A stretch of DNA of 64,000 bases from positions 106 to 64,105 of the forward strand of contig CAWFSE010000010.1 in the NCBI GenBank assembly GCA_963818455.1. The letters run 5' to 3'. Each line of letters opens with the position of its first letter. The stretch's first letter is position 1. A model generated the notes under the pieces. That model searched no databases, was not told where the DNA came from, and worked only from the letters and a program-made list of their open reading frames with translations. This DNA is from an uncultured Actinomycetota bacterium (GTDB lineage Bacteria; Actinomycetota; Actinomycetes; CAVWCF01). Of this stretch, positions 11,939-24,960 are shown piece after piece. Made by a program: the position numbers and the translations under genes.

Positions 11939-12784
11939 CTACTCGGGCTTGCGGGCGCGGATGAAGGCGCTCATCACCGCGCCGTCCAGCGCATCGAGGG
12001 TCGCCTGAGTGTCCAGGCCCTCGGGGACCAGCGAGGGCTCCATCTGGGCGGCCATCTGCTCCAGCTCGTCGCGGCGGTAGACCATGGTCGGCTCGATGTC
12101 GACGTCCTGGAAACCCGCCTCGGCGAGTTGGGCGCGGCACACGGCCTCGGGAAGGGCGCCGGCGATGCAGCCGGTCCACAGCCCCATCAGCTGGGCGACC
12201 TGCGGCGGCAGCGCCCGGCGCACCACGATGTCGGAGATCGCAAGCCGTCCGCCCGGCCGCAGGACCCGGAGGGCCTCGGCGAACACCGCGCGCTTGTCCG
12301 CGGCGAGGTTGACGACGCAGTTGGAGATGATCACGTCGACGGACGCATCCGGCAGCGGGATGTCCTCCATCGCGCCGAGCAGGAACTCGGCGTTGGTGAC
12401 GCCGGCCTCCGCCTGGTTGCGCAGCGCGAGCTCGTGCATCTCGACGGTCATGTCCAGGCCGTACGCCTTGCCGGTGGGCCCGACCCGCCGGGCCGAGAGC
12501 AGCACGTCGATGCCGCCCCCCGAGCCCAGGTCGAGCACCACCTGGCCCGGTTCCAGGTCGGCGAGCGCGGTCGGGTTGCCGCAGCCGAGCGAGGCCAGCA
12601 CGGCGGACTCGGGGAGCGCGGCGCGGTCGCTGATGTCGTACAAGGCGCCGCCGAACGCGCTTGAGGACTCGACCGGGCCGCCGCAGCAAGAGGACGCCTC
12701 CCGCGCGACCTGGCCGTAGTGCTCGCGGACCGCCGTACGGACCTGCTCGGCGTCGTGGATCTGGTCGGTGTCTTGGCTGGTCAT
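11939..12784 (-). CDS. arsM: Arsenite S-adenosylmethionine methyltransferase
   Basis: SSCCG, SLGCGNPTA, VLDLGSGGGIDV, GLDMT, VIISNCVVNL, WTGCIAGAL. Downstream of arsR. Confidence 0.93.
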   Translation of the reverse strand: MTSQDTDQIHDAEQVRTAVREHYGQVAREASSCCGGPVESSSAFGGALYDISDRAALPESAVLASLGCGNPTALADLEPGQVVLDLGSGGGIDVLLSARRVGPTGKAYGLDMTVEMHELALRNQAEAGVTNAEFLLGAMEDIPLPDASVDVIISNCVVNLAADKRAVFAEALRVLRPGGRLAISDIVVRRALPPQVAQLMGLWTGCIAGALPEAVCRAQLAEAGFQDVDIEPTMVYRRDELEQMAAQMEPSLVPEGLDTQATLDALDGAVMSAFIRARKPE

Positions 12785-12785
12785 G

Positions 12786-13100
12786 TCAGGCCTCCGTGGG
12801 GGTGGGTCGCTGCTGCGGGGTCGCGAGTCTCGCCAGCAGCTCGATCGGCTCGGCGATGGCGTCGCAGCAGACGGAGTAGACGTTGCTGCGGCCCTGAGGC
12901 CGCACGGAGACCAGGCCGGTCTCGCGCAGCGTCTTGAGGTGGTGGCTCACCAGGGTCTGGCCCAGGCCGGTCGCGTCGCTCAGCTCGACCACCGCGCGCG
13001 GGCGGTCGGCCACCGCCAGCAGGATGGCCAGCCGGTTCTCGTCCGACAGCGCCTTCATCACCGGCGCGAGGACGCGGGCCCGCTCCTGGAGATCGCTCAC
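12786..13100 (-). CDS. arsR: ArsR/SmtB family transcriptional repressor
   Basis: KALSDENRLAILL...SHHLKTLRETGLV...GRSNVYSVCC. Adjacent to arsM. Confidence 0.9.
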   Translation of the reverse strand: MSDLQERARVLAPVMKALSDENRLAILLAVADRPRAVVELSDATGLGQTLVSHHLKTLRETGLVSVRPQGRSNVYSVCCDAIAEPIELLARLATPQQRPTPTEA

Positions 13101-13117
13101 ACCCGTACCCTAATCAC

Positions 13118-13153
13118 CAGCATGACTCCTGCTGTCAACAGTATTCACTGTTG
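13118..13153. promoter_or_regulatory. Putative ArsR operator/promoter region
   Basis: Inverted repeats CAGCA-N7-TGCTG (13118-13134) and CAACAGT-ATTC-ACTGTTG (13136-13153) overlap a minus-strand TTGACA just upstream of arsR. Confidence 0.55.
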
Positions 13154-13277
13154 CTAGGCTGGTGGCGGCGGCGAGCGCCTCCCGGCCAGGCGCTCCGACG
13201 CGTCGTGGCTCCCCCGCCACCAGAGCGGCGGGTACCTGCGGTTGACTGCTCGGGACAGACCACCACGAGGAGGACCC

Positions 13278-13713
13278 GTGTCCGAGCAGCCAGAGTCCAG
13301 CCCGACCGCCCCGGACGTGCCCGCCGCCGACGCACCAGAGGCAGCGGCGGCCGCGCCGACGGAGGCTGTCGAGGTGGCCGAGCCGGCCGCTGCTCCCGTT
13401 GCCCCACCCGTCGCCCCACCCGTCGCCCCACCCGTCGCCCCAGCGGCAGACCGTGCCCGTGTACCCCAACGGCAAGCCCATGCTGACCGTCGACGGCCGG
13501 CCGGCCAGCCCGAAGTCGCGGCTGGCGGCGGCGCTGCTCGCGTGGTTCCTCGGCGTCTTCGGCGTGCACCGCTTCTACGTGGGCAAGGTGGGCACCGGAA
13601 TCCTGATGCTCGTGACCCTGGGGTTCTTCGGGATCTGGACGCTCATCGACTTCATCGTGATCGTCGTCGGATCGTTCAGGGACAAAGAAGAGCGCGTCCT
13701 GTCGAACTGGTGA
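13278..13713 (+). CDS. TM2 domain-containing membrane protein (frameshifted) with APPV repeats
   Basis: GAGGAGG RBS. SPKSRLAAALLAWFLGVFGVHRFYVGKVGTGILMLVTLGFFGIWTLIDFI matches the TM2 signature. Confidence 0.88.
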
Positions 13714-14270
13714 CACACGATCCCGACTCAACTCGGCTGGGGCTGCTCCGCGCGGAGGCCATGCTCCGACCCGGGCCGTTCGACGCCGCTGCCCTGCTCG
13801 GGCTGCGGTGCGCGCGCACGGTCGCCTTGGTCCTGCTCCCGTTGGGCGGCATCGTGGCGGTGCTGTCCGGCCGGTTCGACGAGGCCCTCGCCGACGAGCT
13901 CAACACCCCCGAGGGCTTGATCCGGTCGCTGGCCACCCCGTTGGCCCTGCTCGCCCTCGGCGTGCTGCTGCGGCTCCTGGTGACGGCCGCCGCCTTCTCG
14001 CTCGCGTTCGCCCTCGTTGTCGGCGAGGCCCTCGACCTGCGGTCTGAGGGCGACGACCGCTCGACCCTGCGGCGCTGGTTCGACCGCACCCGCATCGCCG
14101 GCGGCTACCGCTCGCTCCGGTGGACGTGGGCGGTGCGCGACGAGGCGGTGCGGAGGCTCGGAGCCCGCGGTCGCCTGCTTGCACGAGTTGACGCATGGCT
14201 GCGGGTTGTCGCCCTGCTCGCCCTGGTGGCCTTCGTCGTCGTGGCGGCCGGATCCGGCCACTCCGCCTGA
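13710..14270 (+). CDS. Hypothetical membrane protein
   Basis: GTG overlaps the TM2 stop (GTGA). Three hydrophobic segments. Confidence 0.6.
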   Translation: MTHDPDSTRLGLLRAEAMLRPGPFDAAALLGLRCARTVALVLLPLGGIVAVLSGRFDEALADELNTPEGLIRSLATPLALLALGVLLRLLVTAAAFSLAFALVVGEALDLRSEGDDRSTLRRWFDRTRIAGGYRSLRWTWAVRDEAVRRLGARGRLLARVDAWLRVVALLALVAFVVVAAGSGHSA

Positions 14271-14315
14271 GCCTTCGGCCCCGCGCGGCCAGCCTGTGCG
14301 AGATGCTCGGGCCAG

Positions 14316-15833
14316 GTGGCGCGGAATCGGCGCGCCGCGGAAGGACGGTGGGCGGTGGAATCCAAGGCCGTGGGCGCGGCGGGGTACCGAACGGCAAGGA
14401 CACGGCTGCCCGATGTCGAGCCGCTGCCGCCGATGAGCCCGCCGGAGCGGGTCGCGCGGGGGCTGGCCGCGCGGGGCCGGGTGCCGCTGGGGGCCCACGG
14501 TCGATGGCGGCCGGGCTCAGACCGGCCCGACCCGGTCGCCGCCTTGGAGCGGCAGGGGGCCAACCGCGACCCAGAGCTGGTCCCGCTGCGCCACGGCCGC
14601 ATGGTGTCGTCCGCATTCGCGTTCTACCGCGGCGGCGCCGCGATCATGGCGGCGGACCTGGCGACGACCCCGGTGACGGGGCTGCGGGCCCAGTTGTGTG
14701 GCGACGCGCACCTGGCGAACTTCGGGATCTTCGACACCCCGGAGCGCGCCCACGTCTTCGACATCAACGACTTCGACGAGACCCTCCCCGGGCCCTGGGA
14801 GTGGGACGTGAAGCGGCTGGCTGCCAGCGTCGAGGTCGCCGGCCGCGACCTTGCGTTCACCGCCGGCGAGCGCAGGGCCGCGGTGCTGGCCTGCACGCGC
14901 GCCTACCGGGAGCGGATCGCCGAGCTCGCCGAGATGGGCAACCTCGAGGTCTGGCACGCGAGGCTCGGCGCCGACGACGTGCTCGCGCACCTGGCCGACG
15001 AGCGGGACCCGAAGCTGGCCAAGAAGGTCCAGCGCGACGTCCGCAAAGGCCTGCAGCGCAACCACCTCACCGCCTTCTCCAAGCTGGTCGAGCGCTCGGA
15101 CGGCGAGGTGCGCTTCGCCAGCCGTCCGCCGCTCCTGGTGCCGATCGACGAGCTGCTGACCGACCGGGGGCGGCGGCGCTACGTCGGCGTGATCCGCGAG
15201 TTCCTCGACCAGTACCGGGCCAGCCTGCCCGCCTCGCACCGCGCGTTGGTCGACGGCTACCGGTACGTGCACCTGGCGCGCAAGGTGGTCGGGGTCGGCA
15301 GCGTCGGCACCCGGTCACTCGTCGTTCTCATGGTGGGCCGAGACGAGGCCGACCCGCTGCTGCTGCAGCTGAAGGAGGCCAAGCGTTCGGTGCTGGAGCC
15401 GTACTGCGGGGTCTCGGTCTACCGACGCAAGGGCCAGCGGGTCGTCGAGGGCCAGCGCCTCATGCAGGCGGCCAGCGACCCACTGCTCGGCTGGTACCGC
15501 CTGCGGGCCCTGGACGACAAGGTCCACGACTTCTACGTCCGCCAGCTGTGGGACGGCAAGGCCTCCATCGAGTTGACCCACCTCACCCCCGCAGGGCTGG
15601 CGCGCTACGCCGAGGCGTGCGGCCTCACCCTGGCGCGCGCACACGCTCGCACCGGCTTCCGCATCTCCATCGCCGCCTACCTGGGCGACACCGACGAGTT
15701 CGACCAAGCGGTCGCCGACTTCGCCGCCGTCTACGCCGACGTCAACGAGGAGGACCACGCCCGGCTCTCCCAGGCCATCGAGGCCGGCCGCCTCCCGGTC
15801 GCCTTCGACGCCGAGCCGCCCCCCGCGCCCTGA
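14316..15833 (+). CDS. DUF2252 domain-containing protein (kinase-like)
   Basis: LVPLRHGRMVSSAFAFYRG, QLCGDAHLANFG, FDINDFDET, ARKVVGVGSVG, LQLKEA, FYVRQLWDGK. Confidence 0.92.
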   Translation: MARNRRAAEGRWAVESKAVGAAGYRTARTRLPDVEPLPPMSPPERVARGLAARGRVPLGAHGRWRPGSDRPDPVAALERQGANRDPELVPLRHGRMVSSAFAFYRGGAAIMAADLATTPVTGLRAQLCGDAHLANFGIFDTPERAHVFDINDFDETLPGPWEWDVKRLAASVEVAGRDLAFTAGERRAAVLACTRAYRERIAELAEMGNLEVWHARLGADDVLAHLADERDPKLAKKVQRDVRKGLQRNHLTAFSKLVERSDGEVRFASRPPLLVPIDELLTDRGRRRYVGVIREFLDQYRASLPASHRALVDGYRYVHLARKVVGVGSVGTRSLVVLMVGRDEADPLLLQLKEAKRSVLEPYCGVSVYRRKGQRVVEGQRLMQAASDPLLGWYRLRALDDKVHDFYVRQLWDGKASIELTHLTPAGLARYAEACGLTLARAHARTGFRISIAAYLGDTDEFDQAVADFAAVYADVNEEDHARLSQAIEAGRLPVAFDAEPPPAP

Positions 15834-15843
15834 CCGATAGGCA

Positions 15844-16518
15844 TCAACTGCGTGAAGGCGGCAGCTTGCTCTGGATCCAGGCGACCAGGTCGCTGCTGCT
15901 GCGGGTCTGCAGCCACACCCGGCCAGGCCCGGTGAAGTCGGTGACCAGGCCTTCGCCGCCGAGGATCGTGGACTTCCAGCTGCCCGCCTTGCGCACCTTG
16001 TACTGCACGGTGTCGTCGAAGGCCACCACGTGGCCGGTGTCGAGGGTCGCGGTCTCGCCGGCCGCCAGCTCGTACGAGCGGATGGCGCCGTAGGCGGACA
16101 TCAGCAGGTCGCCCTGCCCCGTGCAGCGCAGCAGCACCAGGCCCTCGCCGCTGAAGAAGGTCTTGCCGCCGCCCCACTTCGCGTCCACGTCGATGCTCGG
16201 GTCCGACGCCACCCACGACCCGGACTGCACGAGCAGGGCCCCGCTCCCGGACAGCGACACCACGGACATGTCGCCCGGCAGCGCGGCAGCCACGGCCACC
16301 ACCCCGCCGGAGGTCGAGCTGAAGTCGTTGACGAAGAAGCTCTCGCCGCCGATGGACCTGCGCAGGCCCTTCATGAACCCGCCCTGGGTCGACGTGGCCA
16401 TCTGGACGTCCCCGCGGGTCATCGCCATCGCGCCCGCCTCGACCCGGACCGCGCCGCCGGCGGGCAGCGTGATCTCACCGAAGGCGAACGCCGGACCTGA
16501 GTTGATGTCTACCTGCAT
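15844..16518 (-). CDS. TIGR00266/AIM24 family protein
   Basis: VRVEAGAMAM, GGESFFVN, FFSGEGLVLL, LDTGHVVAF, GGEGLV...GPGRVWLQTRS. Confidence 0.92.
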   Translation of the reverse strand: MQVDINSGPAFAFGEITLPAGGAVRVEAGAMAMTRGDVQMATSTQGGFMKGLRRSIGGESFFVNDFSSTSGGVVAVAAALPGDMSVVSLSGSGALLVQSGSWVASDPSIDVDAKWGGGKTFFSGEGLVLLRCTGQGDLLMSAYGAIRSYELAAGETATLDTGHVVAFDDTVQYKVRKAGSWKSTILGGEGLVTDFTGPGRVWLQTRSSSDLVAWIQSKLPPSRS

Positions 16519-16595
16519 ACGCGCAAGATAGCGGCCCGACGGCATACGGTCTCTGCCATGTCAGACGGGCTCATCGCGATCGGCGGCACCGCCGT

Positions 16596-17105
16596 ATGAG
16601 CGGCCAGGCGGCCGGCGGGTCGGGTGACCACCTCCACCTCGAGGTCGCCCGCGAGTCCGTGACGATGGCGCTCTACCAGAGCCTGTCGCTGCTGGCTGTG
16701 CTGCTGGCGACCCCCACCCCTGGCGGCGGCGAAGACAACCGCGTAGAGGTCGCGGTCATCGTGCTGCTCACCGGCCTCGGCCTGCTGGCCGCGCACCACG
16801 TGGCGTTCCGGATGTCCTCGCGTCTGGTCAACTCCGGCGCGCTGTCCGACGACTCGCTGCGGCTGCTGCGCGCGCAGGCGCTGGGCGGGCTGCCGATCGT
16901 CGTTCTGGCCGCCGTGCCCCCGCTGGCCTTCGGCGCCCAGGCAGGCTCGCTGGTGTCCGAGCTGCTCCTACTCGGCATCGTCGGGCTCGTCGGCTACCGA
17001 GCGGCGCGACAGGGGACGACCCGCGCCCGGGCGCTGATCTACGTCGCCGTCATCCTCGCCTTCGCCGCCGCCGTCATCGCCCTGAAACTCGCCGTCGGCC
17101 ACTGA
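16596..17105 (+). CDS. Hypothetical membrane protein
   Basis: 169-aa ORF with about five TM segments and typical codon bias. Confidence 0.7.
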   Translation: MSGQAAGGSGDHLHLEVARESVTMALYQSLSLLAVLLATPTPGGGEDNRVEVAVIVLLTGLGLLAAHHVAFRMSSRLVNSGALSDDSLRLLRAQALGGLPIVVLAAVPPLAFGAQAGSLVSELLLLGIVGLVGYRAARQGTTRARALIYVAVILAFAAAVIALKLAVGH

Positions 17106-17140
17106 CCCGGGGCCCGGCCCGAGAGTGAGCCCGGGGCGGC

Positions 17141-17720
17141 TCAGTAGTGGGTGGCCTTCACCGGGCGGCTGTCTCGGTCGTACGTCGTCCACTCCCCCGT
17201 CTGGACCCCGTCGCGGAACGACCCGGTGCGCATCAAGGAGCCGTCCCGGCGCCACCACCGCCAGGCGCCGTGCAACTGACCGGCGCGGACCCGGCCGGCG
17301 AGCTTGAGGCGGCCGTTGTCGTAGTACTCCTTCGTCTCCCCGCCGCGCTTGGGGTAGCCGGCGTTGATCTCGTCGATGCGCAGCGCGAGCACCCGCTTGA
17401 GCAGCGGCCCGGGGAACGGCTCGGCGAGCGGGAACTGGATGGTGCCCTTGCCGACCGCCCACCCCGGGCGCGCGTCGGCGACGAGGGCGACCACGCCGCC
17501 GCTGTACGGGAACAGGCTGTTGTGCGCCTTGAAGCCGTCGAACCCGACGACGGCGACCCCGTCCACCTTGAAGGTCGGCATTCCGTACGCGATCACCTGC
17601 TCGGCGCCGGGCAGCGCCGCGGCGATGCGCGCGCGGGTGGTCTGCAGCGCCCGGGCCTGGGCGCCGGTGAAGCGCGCCAGGTGGGCGTCGACGGGGTGCT
17701 CGGGCGAGTCGTAGCGGCAT
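17141..17720 (-). CDS. DUF1801 (YdhG-like) domain fused to MORN-variant/YwqK-like repeats
   Basis: AEQVIAYGMPTFK...HNSLFPYSG...KGTIQFP (DUF1801), then EYYDNGRLKLAGRVRAGQLHGAWRWWRRDGSLMRTGSFRDGVQTGEW. Indel near the start. Confidence 0.82.
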
Positions 17721-17910
17721 GGGCCCTCCCGGGTGTGGGTCGTGCGCTAGGCGCCGGACAGGGTGACAAGGTCGCACGGGCCTCCACCGCGGCGCCAGGC
17801 GCGTCCCCCGGTCAGCGGTCGCAGTCGGCCGCCCGCTCGATCGCGACCGCGCGCCGACACGCTGCGTCGGCGTACCCCGTCCAAGGCGACGCCTGAGACA
17901 TGCTCAGGCC

Positions 17911-18925
17911 ATGCCTGGACGCCTCTCCGACCGCGTGCTGCCGGACGTGCAGCGCCGCACCCTGGCCGAGCTCACCGACGACCTCGACCTCGCGTCTGGG
18001 GACGCCCGGTCGAAGGAGTCTGCGTTCTGGACCATGCTCGCGCTCTCGGCGGTCATCGCCACCGCGGGCGTGCTGGCCGACTCCACGGCCACCGTGATCG
18101 GCGCGATGATCATCGCGCCGCTGTCGACCCCGATCATGGGCATCGCGCTGGGCATCGCCAAGCGGGATCCGAAGGCCACCAGTCGCTCGGTGCGCTTCGC
18201 CCTGACGGGGGCCGCGGTCGTGGTCCTGGTCGGAGTGGCCTTCTCGCTGCTGCTGCCAGGCAGCTTCGACCTCCTCGGCAACAGCCAGATCGCCGGCCGC
18301 ACGTCTCCGGGGATCCTCGACCTCATCGCGGCGGTCGCCACCGGGTTCGCCGGCGCCGTCGCGCTGGCCCGCCGCGATGTGGCGGCCGTGCTGCCCGGGG
18401 GTGGCGATCGCCATCTCGCTGGTCCCGCCGCTCGCCGTCGTCGGCGTGTGCCTCGGCCAGGGGTCCATCGCCCTCGCCGTCGGGGCCCTGGTGCTCTTCG
18501 CGTCCAACCTGCTCGCCCTGGTCTTGGCCGGGACCCTGGTCTTCACCGCCGTCGGCTACACCGCCGAGGCCGAGGCCGCCGCCCCGCAATCGCGCCGCAA
18601 GGCCTATCTGACGATCACCCTGCTGCTGGTCGTGGTCATCATCCCGCTGGCTGCCAACACCCTGGGGACCTATCTGGTGTCGGTGTGGACCGAGAGGGTC
18701 CAGGTCACCGCCGAGGAGTGGATCTCATCCGTGCCGGATGCCACGATCCAAGGGGTCGACTTCGCCTCCAACGAAGTCTTCGTTCGAGTCCAGACGCCCG
18801 GGGACCTGCCGCCGGTCGACGAACTCGTCGCAGACCTCGAGGGAGAGATCCCCAACGGCATCCCGATCGTGGTCACCACCTCCGTGGGCCAACTGATCCA
18901 AGCCGGAACCGTCGGCGGCGACTAG
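17911..18925 (+). CDS. DUF389 domain membrane protein (frameshifted at about 18400)
   Basis: IATAGVLADSTATVIGAMIIAPL, QIAGRTSP, PGVAIAISLVPPL. Confidence 0.88.
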
Positions 18926-18964
18926 GTCGGACGCCGAAGCCTGGAGCGCCGCCCACGGCGTCGG

Positions 18965-20598
18965 TCACTCATCGGCGGCGGGCCCCAACGCCCGCTCGGG
19001 CGGCGGAGCGGCGGCATCCAGCTCGTCCAGCCAGCCGAGCAGCTCTTCGTCCAGCACCGTCGCGCCGGTCGTGGTCGAGCCAGTCGCGCAGGTCGTCGTC
19101 GAGGGTGCGGGGCAGATCGGGGCCCCACTCGTCGGCCGCTGACCTGGGCCGCATCCAGGCCTCGTCACCGGGGTCTGGCGGGTCGGTGGTGTAGACGGCG
19201 CCCGAGGGGGCTGGTCCACTCGCAGCCGGCTGCCGGGCAGGGCGGTGACGGCCCAGCCGGTCTCGTGCTTGAGGCGGTGGTGGCGGCGGCAGAGGGCGTG
19301 CAGGTTCGCGGCGCTGCGTCTCGCCCTCGGGGTACGGGACGGTGTGGTCCAGGTCGCAGCCGGCGGCCTGCCGGCGGCAGCCGGGGAACCGGCACATGCC
19401 GTCCCTGACCCGGACGAACCGCTCGAGGTCGGCCGGGGGGTCGTGCTGCCGCCGGCCGACGTCGAGCACCGCGCCGGACTCGGGGTCGGTCAGGACCCGC
19501 CGCCACACCCCGTCCCGGGCGAGCTCGCGGGCCAGCGCGTCGGGGATCGGGCCGTACCCGGCGAGGTGGGCCGGCTCCCCGCCCAGGCCCAGCAGGGTCC
19601 CGGCGGGGACGGTGACCAGGATCTGCGGGCGCGGCCCGCGGGGGGCGGGGCCGGTCCCGGTTGGGGCTCCCGGGGGGCGGGCCCCTCCGGGGCGAAAAGC
19701 CACCCCAGCCCCGGCGGGACCCGCCCCCCGACCGCCCAGACCGTCGAGCCCGCCACCTCCGTCGCCCCGGCGGCCGCCCGCCGCCGCCCGCCCGCCCGGT
19801 CCCGCAGAGCAGGTCGACGAGGGCGTCGGCGCGGCACTGGTCCAGGGTCGGCAGCGGCCCGGGTCCAGGGGCGGCTCCCCGCGCTGCGCCGCCAGCGCCT
19901 CCGCCTGCGCGGCGGGCGTCGCGCTCGGCGCAGCGGGCCGCCCAGCCGGCCTCCCCGAGCGCGGCGTACACGCGCGGGCGTCCGGCGCGGTCAGCAGCGC
20001 CCGCAGCTCGGCCATCCCGTCCTCGGCGGGCAGCGACCCACACGCAGGCCGCTCCTTGCGGGCCTGCCTCGTGGCGGGCGTCCGCCCCGGACGGGATCCG
20101 CCTGCTGCACCAGCCGGGCCAGCCGCGCCCGCAGCTGCGGCGCGGTCTGCCCCGGAGCCCGCTCCAGCGCCACCGCCTCCAGCTCGTCGGCCGCGCCGCG
20201 CCATCCCCGGCCGCACCGCCAGGCCCCCCACCGCCTCGGCGACCGCCACGGCCCGCACCCAGTCGATCCGCCCCGCCCGCAGCGCCTCCAGCACCGCCGG
20301 GCGGCCGGCGATCGCCAGGCAGTCGTCGACCCGGGACTGCGCCGCCCGCGACCGACCAGGTGAACGCGGTGGCGACCTCGTGGGCGGCCACATCGAACGC
20401 GTCGCCGGCGAACGACGCGGACACCTGAGGCTCCCGGCGCACCACCTCCGCGACCAGCTCCGCCTGCAGCGCCTGCAGCCAGGACACCGCCCGCTGGGAG
20501 GCCGCCAGTGCCTCGACCAGGGCCTCGCCGTCGGCGGCGCGCAGGTCGAGCCCGGCCAGCGCTGGCCCCAGGTCGGGCCCCTCGAGTCGTTCGAACAT
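18965..20598 (-). CDS. DUF222 / HNH endonuclease (REP13E12-like) protein, frameshifted
   Basis: LAGYGPIPDALARELA, RFVRVRDGMCRFPGC, CDLDHTVPY, and the LCRRHHRLKH HNH motif in an adjacent frame. Confidence 0.88.
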
Positions 20599-20606
20599 GT
20601 GTTCGA
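20591..20606. promoter_or_regulatory. LexA (SOS) box overlapping the DUF222 start codon
   Basis: TCGAAC-ATGT-GTTCGA matches the actinobacterial LexA consensus TCGAAC-N4-GTTCGA. Confidence 0.88.
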
Positions 20607-20635
20607 TTCTAGGGCGGAAACCGTTGCGGCGTCAA
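20606..20635 (-). promoter_or_regulatory. SigA-type promoter (leaderless) of the DUF222 gene
   Basis: TTGACG (20635-20630)-N18-TAGAAT (20611-20606), with ATG 7 nt downstream. Confidence 0.75.
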
Positions 20636-20779
20636 GGGATTCGACGGGCTGTTGATATTGCGTGCGGAGGATGCGTGGGGCTCCCCGCCGAGCCAAACTC
20701 GCTGATCAGACATCAGGGGTGGGGTGGCGGGGACGGTGCCGCGCAATCAGGCGGCGGTCATAGCGACCGGATTCAACCG

Positions 20780-21406
20780 TCAGGCTGCGGGGGGCGGCGT
20801 CGGAGGGCGGAGCATGCCCCATGCCGGCGGGCCGCCCTTGCCGAGGACGGCCTCCTCCACGACGGCGAACCCGAGCTTCTCGTAGAAGGGGAGGTTGGCC
20901 GTCTTGCTGGTGTCCAGGTAGCACGGCAGCGCCGCCCGATCAGCCTGGCCGAGGCCCTCCCGGACGATGGCGCTGCCCCGCCCCTGGCCCTGGATGCTCG
21001 GGTCGACGCCCACGATCAGCAACTGCCAGTGCGGCTGCGTCACGTGCCGCTTGTGCACCTTGTCCATCACCCCGTTGGCGCCGGCGAACTTGGCCATCGG
21101 CCGGAAGCCGACCCGGAACGGGGCCGCGAGCATCCCCGAGCGGGCCATCCGGCCCATGGACATCGACTCGCCCGGCGGCAGCCAGATTGCGACGCACCGA
21201 CCGCCGTCGGACTGGGTGGCCCGGCCGTAGCGCAGTCCGTACTCGACGGCGACCCGGTTGAGCGAGGCGAGATCCTGCTCGCGCGTGGCTGCGTCGGGGA
21301 AGACCCACTCGAACATCGGGTCGTCCCGGAAGGCCCTCGCGAGCGTGGTCGTCGCCGTCTTGAGCGTCGCTGCGTCGAGCGGCACGATCCCTGGGCCAGA
21401 CTGCAT
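20780..21406 (-). CDS. GNAT family N-acetyltransferase
   Basis: LARAFRDDPMFEW...HWQLLIVGVDPSIQGQGRGSAI...YLDTSKTANLPFYEKLGF. GGAGG RBS. Confidence 0.9.
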   Translation of the reverse strand: MQSGPGIVPLDAATLKTATTTLARAFRDDPMFEWVFPDAATREQDLASLNRVAVEYGLRYGRATQSDGGRCVAIWLPPGESMSMGRMARSGMLAAPFRVGFRPMAKFAGANGVMDKVHKRHVTQPHWQLLIVGVDPSIQGQGRGSAIVREGLGQADRAALPCYLDTSKTANLPFYEKLGFAVVEEAVLGKGGPPAWGMLRPPTPPPAA

Positions 21407-21569
21407 GTGGCTGCCTCCGCTCGGACCGGATCGTGAGGTACGGCGCGACCGCACGTTGTTCGCGCCGTCAGCGCGGTCTGCGCCGCCGGCGATCCGACCC
21501 TGTGCCTGCTCCGGGCCGTGACCGCACAGTCTGGTGGCGGACCGGGTACCGCGCCACCAAGATGTCCGC

Positions 21570-24698
<3,129 letters not shown>

Positions 24699-24728
24699 CT
24701 GACCCCAAGCGGCACTGTCATCGGTCCC

Positions 24729-24960
24729 TCAGGTATCGACCTCTGGACTCGGTCGCGGCACGTCCGCGGGGACGAGTTGGAGGAGACGTTCGCGGAGGCG
24801 GTCCCCGACGTCGACCGGGTCCGGGCCGCAGGCGGGGTCGGCGACGACGCTGATGGTGAGCTGCCCGGCGTAGGTGATGCTCGCGAAGGCGATCGTCGTG
24901 TTGCCTTGGTTGAGCACCAGCGGGGTGATCCGGGTGACCGGTGTGCCGACAAGGGTCACG
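24729..24960 (-). pseudogene. C-terminal fragment of a WS/DGAT (wax ester synthase) family gene
   Basis: VTLVGTPVTRITPLVLNQGNTTIAFASITYAGQLTISVVADP resembles the WS/DGAT C-terminal domain. Its 5' part is replaced by transposase sequence. Confidence 0.6.

Noticed and set aside
13398-13440. 12-bp tandem repeat GCCCCACCCGTC
   Set aside because: It encodes an APPV linker in the TM2 protein and is an ordinary coding repeat.
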